Both the position numbers and the translations under genes were made by a program. Below the pieces are notes generated by a model, which saw nothing but the letters and a program-made list of their open reading frames with translations, searched no databases and had not been told where the DNA came from. A DNA stretch of 64,000 bases, taken from the NCBI GenBank assembly GCA_963662655.2, contig CAXXTU010000002.1:1216001-1280000 (forward strand), read 5' to 3'. This DNA is from Candidatus Cloacimonadales bacterium. GTDB taxonomy: Bacteria > Cloacimonadota > Cloacimonadia > Cloacimonadales > JAIOQZ01. Below are positions 50,599-58,927 of this stretch, piece after piece (position 1 is the stretch's first letter; every line of letters starts with the position of its first letter).

Positions 50599-52298
50599 TT
50601 ATATTAGACGAATCGGTAATTAGCGGATGCTCTTCCGATGCATCTGTTTTAAGTACCGATTTTTACTCAGGAGGCTTTGTCGGCAAAATTGATGGTCCAT
50701 CCATAATCACACGAAGCCACTGTTCAGGCAACGTCACAGGAAGAAAATACGTCGGGCGCTTCATCGGTATAAATGATATTAGAGAGACGTTTTCGCGCAA
50801 TGTAAACAACTCTTACTCCAGTTGTAATGTAAATGGCGATGGGCATTGCGGGGGATTTTCTGCAAGTCCGTGGAGAGGAAACTGCTGGAACTGCCGTTAC
50901 GATTATGAATCCGTCACGATCAATGGTGATCATTCGATAACGTATGGTGCAATCGGAACCGAGATTTTTGACGTATGGTTACAGAATGACCTTGTTGTTG
51001 ACATAAATAACTATTTCGAAATCGTTGATTCTTGTTGCCTGATCTACTCATTTGACGATCTACGCAACACCCTCCACTTTTGTGAAGAAGACAGTTGCCG
51101 ATTTCTCTTGATGAATGATTTGGACTTAGCGAACCATCCGAACTTCTTCATACCTGCATTTTGCGGTGAATTTGATGGAAACAGGCACACAATTTCCAAC
51201 CTATGCCTCGATATGCCGCATAGTTCTTCCGTAGGATTCTTCAGCAAGCTAGTGGATGCGAAAATCTGCAATCTCACACTAAACAACATCAATATTCATG
51301 GTGTAAATTATGTTGGAGGAATCGCCGGACTACTCGGCGGTAGCCAAATCATTTCCAATTGTCATGTGAATGGAGAGATTTCTGCATCCAGCTATTGTGG
51401 CGGCTGTTCAGGTAAATCGGGAAATGAGCTGTATTTATCGAAATGCAGTTTCAAAGGTTCAATCACAGGCGATGAATACCTTGGCGGTTTTGTGGGGATT
51501 TCTTATGCATCCGTTAACTGTTACATTTCGGAATGTTGCAGTAAAATGGATATCCGAGGTGATTCATATGTTGGAGGATTTGGTGGCTATATGCGAGATA
51601 ATACCCGTATCGAGAATTCTTATTTCCATGGTCCAGTAGAGGGTGATTCTTACTCGGGTAATCTTATCGGCTATGTATCAGATATAACAATGATCAATTG
51701 CTATTCAGCCAGCACCAGTCGTAATAGAATCTCGATGGGCTTATTCATGGAGAGCGACGACTGCTTCTTCAACACTGATCTCAATGGATTGTCATATGAC
51801 AACTACGCCATCGGAATCACATCCGAAGAGATGCGGGATATCGCAACATATACCGATCTCTCCCTCTTCAATCTTACCGAAGCGTGGGATTTCCCCGGAT
51901 ATCCGTACGACGATTTGGGCTTCATGGACATCTGGAGCATCGATCCCTCGATCAACGACGGATTCCCGTACCTGAGTTGGGAGACATTCCTGCCCGTCGA
52001 GGATTCCCCGGAAGAAACCCCTCTTCCCATTTCCGCGCTGCAAGGCATCTACCCCAATCCATTCAACCCGGAAACGACGATTCGCTTCAGCGTCGCGCAG
52101 GAAAGCGCCGGCACGATCGAAATCTTCAACATCCGCGGTCAGCGCGTGCAGCAGTTTAAGGATTTCACGGCGGGAGAGCACGAAGTCGTATGGAACGGCA
52201 CGGATTCCGTTGGGAAATCGGTCGGAAGCGGGATATACTTTTGTCGCATGACGGCAGGCGACCGCTCCGCCACGCAAAAAATGTTGCTTCTGAAATAG
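50599..52298 (+). pseudogene. 5'-truncated GLUG-repeat secreted protein with T9SS/FlgD-type CTD
   Basis: The reading frame begins right at the IS end, with no RBS or signal peptide. Contains YVGGIAG/YVGGFGG repeats, F.GEFDGN.HTISNL, INDGFPYL and YPNPFNP...KMLLLK. Confidence 0.75.
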
Positions 52299-52311
52299 AC
52301 ATACCGCTGAA

Positions 52312-52437
52312 GGTGTGAGCAGGTTTGCTCGATCTCCCGCGAAGGCGTGGTGTTACACACCTCATTTTGTTGTTCGATAGTTTACCTGGTGTGTTATATC
52401 CACGTCGTAGCGGAAGATCGGGCAAAAGTGCCACACC
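52312..52437 (+). repeat. Structured hairpin family, copy C
   Basis: GGTGTG-A-GCA-GG-TTTGCTCGATCT...GGCGTGG TGTT ACACACC..GTTCGATAGTT..GGTGTGT TATAT CCACGTC...AGATCGGGCAAA-AG-TGC-CACACC. Confidence 0.85.
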
Positions 52438-52512
52438 GTAAAATTATTGCTGCAACACGATGCCAAACTCCTCCCTATCCACCCACAATAACCATGAATT
52501 CGGACTTTTTCA

Positions 52513-52543
52513 TTGACATCGGGTTAATCCGCCTGGATATAAT
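52513..52543 (+). promoter_or_regulatory. Sigma70-type promoter with a 19-bp spacer
   Basis: TTGACA (52513-52518) and TATAAT (52538-52543), 50 bp upstream of the NCS2 gene. Confidence 0.55.
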
Positions 52544-52593
52544 GCCTTTCGAGCATCGGAAAAACTCGATCAATACAGCATGAAGAGAGTGGA

Positions 52594-54303
52594 ATGAGCG
52601 AACACAAAACATTATTATACGGCGTGGATGATAAACCGCCCGTCGCGACATCCATCGCGCTGGGATTCCAGTATGTCCTCCTAAACATCAGTGGTATGAT
52701 GCTGACCCCCATCATCATAGGAAACGCATGCGGACTGAGTATCGAGCAAATCGAGTACTTCATCTTCGCGTCCATACTCGTTTCAGCACTTACCACCGTC
52801 ATCCAGGTGCGGAGAGTTGGGAAGATCGGATCGGGCTACATGATGATCCTCGGCCCCAGCGGTGCGTTCATTGCGTGTAGCATATCGGCGATTCAAGTGG
52901 GCGGCCTGCCCCTTCTGGGCACCATGACAATTCTCTCGGCTCCGCTCGAGACAATCGTTGCTTACCTCATTCGCTACGTCCGCAAGATATTCACTCCCGC
53001 GTTGGGCGGAACCGTCATCATGCTGGTGGCGATGCTTCTCATCCCCCTTTCTTTCAGCATGTGGAGCGGCGAATCCGGCGACAGCCTGTTCTGCTCCCCC
53101 GCCTATTTCTTCTCCGGCCTAACGCCGGTCCTCATCATCTTCGGATCCTATCTCAGCGACCGCAAATGGGTCAGGCTATGGAGCGCAATTTTCGGCGTCG
53201 CAGCCGGTATTCTGGTCGCATACTTCTTCGGCATAACAGATTTCTCGCAGCTCGGCCAATACTCCTACTTCGCGCTACCGCGTTCCGGTTTCCCGGGACT
53301 CGAGTTCCACCTGAGCTGGCGACACTTCCCGCTGTTCATCACATTTCTCATGGCCACCCTCACCAGCACAATTGAAACGTTTGGCGATACCGTAGCCTTG
53401 CAGACCGTATCCGAGCGCAATTTCAGCAAAATCAACTACGATCGTATCCAGGGCGGAATGTACGTCGATACGGTCGGAAGCATTCTCGGAGGCGCAGCCG
53501 GCGTAACCGCCAACACAACCTACAGTACCATCATGCCCGTCATCCAGCTTACGCGCGTCTCGGCGAGGGTTATCGGCTACTACGCGGCCGCGATCATGAC
53601 CGTCATCGCATTCCTGCCGAAGTTCGCCTACTTCTTCCTCTCTATTCCCAGTCCGGTCATGGGAGGCATGAGTGTCGCGCTGACTGCCATCCTTTTCAGC
53701 GAGGGCTTCAAAGTGGCAGCCTCCGCTGAGCTCAGCACCGAAAACGGTATCGTGATCGGCGCAGGCATGACGATGGGACTTCTGGCAAGCCTGGGGATTT
53801 TCTTTCCGAATCTTTTCCCCGAGCAATTCCGGTTCCTCGCCTCCGACGTCATTACGATGGGAGGACTGACAGCTCTCATCCTCAACATCATCTTCGTCTA
53901 CAAGATCAGAAAGACCGAGTCCGTCACACTTGCCGCGGACCTGGCGAAGCTCCCCGACCTTAAAGACAAGATCGATAGCTTTCAGGATCGGATGCGTGTC
54001 TCGGAGAAACAGAAGTTCGCCCTGCAACTCGCATGCGAGGAGGTCTTTGCCTTCTTCTGTCAGCAAAACCCCGACCGCTCCGACATCCATTTCCGCTGGA
54101 AGCATTTCCCGGATTACATCCTTACCGAAATCGCCACGACGGGAACGATGCAGCAGATTGACGACATCCCGGATCGAGACCGGCTAACGAAGCTTTCCGA
54201 GGAAGAGATGAACAAGCTCGGCCTGCTGCTGCTCTCTAAGATATCCAGTCATATTGAGCATATTCAGATTACCGGAAAACACTATATCCAGTTCAGGATA
54301 TAG
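52594..54303 (+). CDS. NCS2 (xanthine/uracil permease family) transporter with a C-terminal RsbW/HATPase-like extension
   Basis: NCS2 motifs YGVDDKPP, ETFGD, NTTYS, PK...SIPSPVMGG, and a soluble tail containing LQLACEEVF. Confidence 0.85.
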   Translation: MSEHKTLLYGVDDKPPVATSIALGFQYVLLNISGMMLTPIIIGNACGLSIEQIEYFIFASILVSALTTVIQVRRVGKIGSGYMMILGPSGAFIACSISAIQVGGLPLLGTMTILSAPLETIVAYLIRYVRKIFTPALGGTVIMLVAMLLIPLSFSMWSGESGDSLFCSPAYFFSGLTPVLIIFGSYLSDRKWVRLWSAIFGVAAGILVAYFFGITDFSQLGQYSYFALPRSGFPGLEFHLSWRHFPLFITFLMATLTSTIETFGDTVALQTVSERNFSKINYDRIQGGMYVDTVGSILGGAAGVTANTTYSTIMPVIQLTRVSARVIGYYAAAIMTVIAFLPKFAYFFLSIPSPVMGGMSVALTAILFSEGFKVAASAELSTENGIVIGAGMTMGLLASLGIFFPNLFPEQFRFLASDVITMGGLTALILNIIFVYKIRKTESVTLAADLAKLPDLKDKIDSFQDRMRVSEKQKFALQLACEEVFAFFCQQNPDRSDIHFRWKHFPDYILTEIATTGTMQQIDDIPDRDRLTKLSEEEMNKLGLLLLSKISSHIEHIQITGKHYIQFRI

Positions 54304-54397
54304 ACATGGCACAGTAGCAATCGATGAGAACGTCATGGTGGATTCTTATAGGAAAATTGTTTCTGACTTGATGTTTTTCTATTCAGCTGTTAATTCT

Positions 54398-55375
54398 CTA
54401 CTCGCAGTTCTCTGTCTTGAGAAGCGCTCCGGTTGGAGAATAGTACTCTCTCTTGATGCAACGGTCATCCTTGAGGTGCTCGACCACCTTGGTGCCGTCT
54501 TCCCTGAAAATCTCTTCCTTCGTCTTCTTTTTATCCGTGTTGTAATGGCGGATGAAGGAAAGCTTCCCCTTTCTGTCGTATATCTCAGCGCGCGTCATCG
54601 AGCCATCTCGATCGAAATAGCTGACCTTGTCGGGATTCCCTTTGCGATCGAATACCTCTTTCCGGGTAAGCCTGTCCTTTTCGAAATGTTCAACCGTTTT
54701 CCTGCCGTTGCGCGAGTAATACTCCGCCTGAATCAGCCTCCCCCTCGCATCGAACACCGATACGCGATGAAGCGAGCCGTCCGGACTGAGGTACTCCCTA
54801 CGATTCTCCTTCTCATCCTCATTGAAGAACACTCGCTCCGTTTTAACGCTGTCCTCGCTGAACAACTCGACCATCTTGACCGATTTATCGGGTCGATAGT
54901 GCTCGATTTGCATGGGGGAATCGGCGGGGAAACGCTCTACTTTGGAGATCACACTGTCCTCGTCGAAAAAAGTGATTGATTCGACGACATCCGGTGCCTG
55001 ATACCAGACAATCCGCGTCACTTTGCCATTACGGTAATATTCTGAGGAATAAACCTCTCTGCTTGGATTCTCCCACTCTTTGCGCTGTATTGCGCCTGAT
55101 TCATCGTTATAGATCCGATAAAGGTTCCCATCGACGAGCATGCCGTCGACCTGACGCAAGACATTGTCGGAATCGAAGTATTCCTGCTTGAAGCGGAGGT
55201 TTTCCTCGTTCGTATAGCGGATGCCCGTCTGATAGGTTGTTTGCAACGTTTTCCCGCCGTACTTGTTCTTTTGCTCGATCGTCTCCGTCGACAGACCATT
55301 CAAAGCGACGGACAGCAACATGCAGAACACGAACAGCAGCACAATCGTAAGCCGTTTCTTTTGGGACTCGTACAT
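54398..55375 (-). CDS. Exported YwqK/MORN-variant repeat protein
   Basis: Signal-like N-terminus and repeated 'E(Y/F)(Y/F)..DG' beta-hairpins. Start re-called at MYESQ after GGAGG. Confidence 0.65.
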   Translation of the reverse strand: MYESQKKRLTIVLLFVFCMLLSVALNGLSTETIEQKNKYGGKTLQTTYQTGIRYTNEENLRFKQEYFDSDNVLRQVDGMLVDGNLYRIYNDESGAIQRKEWENPSREVYSSEYYRNGKVTRIVWYQAPDVVESITFFDEDSVISKVERFPADSPMQIEHYRPDKSVKMVELFSEDSVKTERVFFNEDEKENRREYLSPDGSLHRVSVFDARGRLIQAEYYSRNGRKTVEHFEKDRLTRKEVFDRKGNPDKVSYFDRDGSMTRAEIYDRKGKLSFIRHYNTDKKKTKEEIFREDGTKVVEHLKDDRCIKREYYSPTGALLKTENCE

Positions 55376-55464
55376 ACGTTCAACCTCCAGAAGATCATCC
55401 GCGTCAATCGGACACTGTATCCAATTCGTTGCCAAGATGTAATTTTTGTCAACGATAACATATT

Positions 55465-55622
55465 GTTGGCTTACCCCCAATTTTCTGTGTAATCTTGATT
55501 CGATGAATATTGGTCGATGTTATCCACAGTTTCTTTCGACTCTATGGGTGATCCAGGTTATCACTTCTCGAAACCTACAGCCAGGAAGTCACACCGTGGA
55601 TAACTGCATCCATTCCAGACGG
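55465..55622 (-). repeat. Dispersed ~160-bp repeat with inverted DnaA boxes, copy 2
   Basis: Shares TGATAACCTGGATCACCCATAGAGTC and CAAGATTACACAGAAAA with copy 1. Carries TTATCCACA (55520-55528) and CGTGGATAA (55595-55603). Confidence 0.85.
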
Positions 55623-55914
55623 TTGCAATATATTTGTGTCATTATTGGATTCCAGGATTTTCGTTACTCTAAACCAACAACTGAGCGGAGTCGAAGACAA
55701 AGATCATCATCTACCTTGTGTTTGTCCGCGATCGATAACTCATGAGCCACCGACACATTTTTAACAACTCTGCGCGGTGCCTGAAAAAAAATATTTCTCC
55801 GAGCAACAAAAGATACTTGACAACCCCGATAAATTAGCAATAATAAAGTATGGAATGGAATATGCATTCATAGAATTAACAACTTGTTCCGGGCAACAAA
55901 CGCGAGGAGGAAAT

Positions 55915-58011
55915 ATGCGTTACTTCATTTTAGTATGCACCGTAATGCTTCTTATGTGGGGACATCTATTTGCGAACGGTGTTGCTGTTGTCGACGGCCC
56001 GACCGGCACAGTTTTTCAATTGGTCGACAGCCACGTCGTCGTGGAAGTGGACAACCAGATCGCTATCGTTACCACGACTCAGAGGTTCTTCAACAATCTG
56101 GGATACTCGAGCTTTCCCAAGTACCTCTTCCCGCTCCCGGAGGGAGCCAGCGCGACGCAACTCCGCTGGTTTTACGAAGACGAATGGCATGAGGCGATCA
56201 TCTCTCCGGTCGTGCAGGACTCCACGCCACCGGGCCCCGGCACGGAGTGGTCGGCGAATCTAGCGGAGTACATGGGAGAGACACCGCTCTTCTACAACAT
56301 GAATGAAACCGGGGTGATTCTCGGCACCTACATCACGATCGAACTCACGTATGTAATGCTTCTCCCCTATGAGTTTGGGACGGTGACATTCAAGTATCCC
56401 AACGACTACACGCTTGTTCAGTACTCTCCGGTCGAGGTGCAGGAACTTTCTTTCACACTGAATTCACTGAGGCAAATCGACAGCATCGAGATGACGAGCC
56501 ACAATGCCGATACTTTAACAAACGACGGCTACGTTGCGACTGTCGGGGTGACCTTGAATGACCAGATTCCCAACATGGACTACGTGATCGAGTACGGGCT
56601 CAGTCAGGACGAGCTGGGGCTCTTCGGCTTCAGCACCATGCTCGATTCCGTTCCAGATACTTACGGGAACGGATTCTTCACCTTCATCGCTGAGCCGGAT
56701 CCAAGCGACAACGTGGTAATCGACAAGGTATTCACGCTCATCATCGATCGCTCGGGTAGCATGAGCGGTCAGAAGATCATTCAGGCCCGTAGCGCGGCGA
56801 CCTACATCGTCAACCACCTCAATGAGGGCGATATGTTCAACATCGTTTCGTTCTCGTCGAATATCACATCTTTCCGGGACGAGCATGTCGAGTTCACGCC
56901 TGATAACCAGAGCGACGCGATCGAGTATATCAATTCGCTGTCCGCCACAGGCAGTACGAACATCTCCGGGGCTTTCGGCGAGGCCGTTCCCCAGTTCGAT
57001 GTCGCGACGGACGACACCGCCAATATCATCATCTTCTTCACCGATGGCGAAGCAACAACGGGTATCACAGAGACGCAAGCGCTCGTGAATTACGTCAGCG
57101 ATCTGGTCGATCAGACGGAAACGAACATCAGTATATTCAACTTCGGCATCGGCCCGCACGTAAACGAGCAGCTTCTTACACTGCTTGCACAGGATAACAA
57201 CGGCCTGGCACAGTTCCTTGCGGATAACGACCTGGAAGAGATGATCACCGCCTTTTACATGATGATCAGGAATCCGGTCATGATCAATCCTGAAATCACC
57301 TATACACCGGAGTCCGTAATTGAAGAGGCGTTCCCAAACCCGGTTCCCAACCTGTATCAGGGAAGGCAACTCATCGTCAGTGGACGCTACACTCAACCCA
57401 CGACAATCGGGATATCCTTCAGCGGAACGGCTTTCAACCAATATGTGACCTATAATTACGAGCTCGAACTAGTCGATCATGCCGATCCCGAACGCCAGTT
57501 TCTTCCGAAGATTTGGGCCAAGCAGAAGATCGAGCATCTGATGGTCCAGTACTACTCTTACGGCGAAGGTTCGGACGAAGCGGAGGAGATCAAGCAAGAG
57601 ATCATCGCGATCAGCATCGCGTACGGTGTTATCAGCGATTTCACCAGCTTCCAGGGTGAGGTCTCAATCGATGACGGCGGCGAAGGAGAAGGAGATGATG
57701 TCGATACTGGAACGGATATCTCGGCTGCGCCGTACCAACTCCTGGGCAATTATCCCAATCCTTTCAATCCAAGCACCGCGATCCGGTTCCAGATCAACCG
57801 GAAAATGGACGAGATAGTCAAGATCAGGATATACAACATCAAGGGGCAGATCGTAAAAGTGCTGGCTCTACACGTGAATGGACCTGGTGTATACGAGATC
57901 GAATGGAATGGCCGCGACATGCAAAACAAGCCTGTCGCATCGGGAACATACTTTTACGCGATCGATTTCGGAGACGGCGTACTCACATCGAAGATGCTTC
58001 TTCTAAAATGA
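55915..58011 (+). CDS. Secreted VIT + vWA domain protein with T9SS/FlgD-type CTD
   Basis: Signal peptide, VIT domain (FPLPEGA), vWA MIDAS (DRSGSM...STN...FTDG) and NYPNPFNP. ATG 55915 follows GAGGAGG. Confidence 0.9.
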   Translation: MRYFILVCTVMLLMWGHLFANGVAVVDGPTGTVFQLVDSHVVVEVDNQIAIVTTTQRFFNNLGYSSFPKYLFPLPEGASATQLRWFYEDEWHEAIISPVVQDSTPPGPGTEWSANLAEYMGETPLFYNMNETGVILGTYITIELTYVMLLPYEFGTVTFKYPNDYTLVQYSPVEVQELSFTLNSLRQIDSIEMTSHNADTLTNDGYVATVGVTLNDQIPNMDYVIEYGLSQDELGLFGFSTMLDSVPDTYGNGFFTFIAEPDPSDNVVIDKVFTLIIDRSGSMSGQKIIQARSAATYIVNHLNEGDMFNIVSFSSNITSFRDEHVEFTPDNQSDAIEYINSLSATGSTNISGAFGEAVPQFDVATDDTANIIIFFTDGEATTGITETQALVNYVSDLVDQTETNISIFNFGIGPHVNEQLLTLLAQDNNGLAQFLADNDLEEMITAFYMMIRNPVMINPEITYTPESVIEEAFPNPVPNLYQGRQLIVSGRYTQPTTIGISFSGTAFNQYVTYNYELELVDHADPERQFLPKIWAKQKIEHLMVQYYSYGEGSDEAEEIKQEIIAISIAYGVISDFTSFQGEVSIDDGGEGEGDDVDTGTDISAAPYQLLGNYPNPFNPSTAIRFQINRKMDEIVKIRIYNIKGQIVKVLALHVNGPGVYEIEWNGRDMQNKPVASGTYFYAIDFGDGVLTSKMLLLK

Positions 58012-58054
58012 TTTCGGCTTCAGCAAAGCTGAAACGGTATTGATGAAGTAGAAT

Positions 58055-58091
58055 AAAAAAACCGGTAGTCGCATGGCTGCCGGTTTTTTTT
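58055..58091. terminator. Bidirectional intrinsic terminator
   Basis: A7-CCGGTAGTC-loop-GGCTGCCGG-T8. Confidence 0.85.
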
Positions 58092-58092
58092 A

Positions 58093-58184
58093 CAGCGAGG
58101 CAGATTCCTGCTCTTAGGAAAGCGTGGATGGAAGGGAAGCAGTGGCGTTATACTTCAAGGATCGTGCCAATGTGGCCCGTGCTG
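58093..58184 (+). repeat. Structured hairpin family, decayed copy F
   Basis: The right arm GTGGCGTTATAC..AGGATCGTGCCAATGTGGCCCG matches copy E. The left arm is mostly lost. Confidence 0.55.
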
Positions 58185-58209
58185 CCAATTGAGAAATAAG
58201 TGTTCTACC

Positions 58210-58336
58210 GGCATGGCATCTTCGCCCGATCTCCCGCTCCGGCGTATATATACCACACCTTTATAACTATCGAACCGAGACAATAAGGTGTGGAACAATA
58301 CGCCTGCGCGGCAGATCGGACGAACCTGCTCCTGCC
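58210..58336 (-). repeat. Structured hairpin family, copy D
   Basis: Minus strand reads GGCAGG-A-GCA-GG-TTCGTCCGATCT...GGCGTAT TGTT CCACACCTT..GTTCGATAGTT..AAGGTGTGG TATAT ATACGCC...AGATCGGGCGAA-GA-TGC-CATGCC. Confidence 0.85.
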
Positions 58337-58342
58337 TCGTGC

Positions 58343-58720
58343 TTACACGTATCTTCCGACCATCACGCCGGTTAAGATTGCCGCCAGTCCCAATCCGTTC
58401 TGCAGAACAATATTGGCCGCCGCGTGCATCCATGCTGAGGATCGTACCAGTTCGCTGGTATCGACCATCACCGCCGAGAACGTGGTGAAAGCTCCCATGA
58501 ATCCGATGAACACGATCATCCTGACATCTGCCGAGAGGTGCATTCGATTCTCGAAGAAAGCCAGCAGCACACCGGCAACAAAGCTTCCGAGCATGTTCAC
58601 GAAGAAAGTCCCGCCGAACACCGCATGACTCGACAGTTTACCGATCCAAACCGCAAGACCGTATCGGGCAAGCGTCCCCAAGCCACCTGCAATCGCGAGG
58701 AATATCAAATTCTTTATCAT
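58343..58720 (-). CDS. crcB: Fluoride efflux channel FluC
   Basis: 125 aa with motifs GGLGTLARY, GTFFVNMLGSF and GFMGAFTTFS. Confidence 0.93.
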   Translation of the reverse strand: MIKNLIFLAIAGGLGTLARYGLAVWIGKLSSHAVFGGTFFVNMLGSFVAGVLLAFFENRMHLSADVRMIVFIGFMGAFTTFSAVMVDTSELVRSSAWMHAAANIVLQNGLGLAAILTGVMVGRYV

Positions 58721-58927
58721 CTATCGTTCTCCATGATTTTATTCATACGCGAACCAATCCTTTTAAAGTTCGCGAGAGACGTCAAGTACGATCGTTGACC
58801 TACGCACAAGGAGACGAAGGAAAAGGGAAGCCGCCATGCATTCCAGCGCAAATTACATTGACACAATCAATTCCAAATACCATAATGGATTATAATGTTA
58901 TTATTATTCGTAATCAAAGGAGATAAA

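Noticed and set aside
52440..52593. Purine or xanthine riboswitch upstream of the NCS2 gene
   Set aside because: The predicted leader is only about 45 nt and lacks recognisable aptamer motifs.
54398..55375. Toxin-antitoxin system
   Set aside because: YwqK-like repeats alone do not imply a TA pair. No adjacent toxin ORF exists and the protein appears exported.
58720..58900. Fluoride riboswitch upstream of crcB
   Set aside because: No GG.GATG...(C/T)TGATG core is visible on the minus strand.
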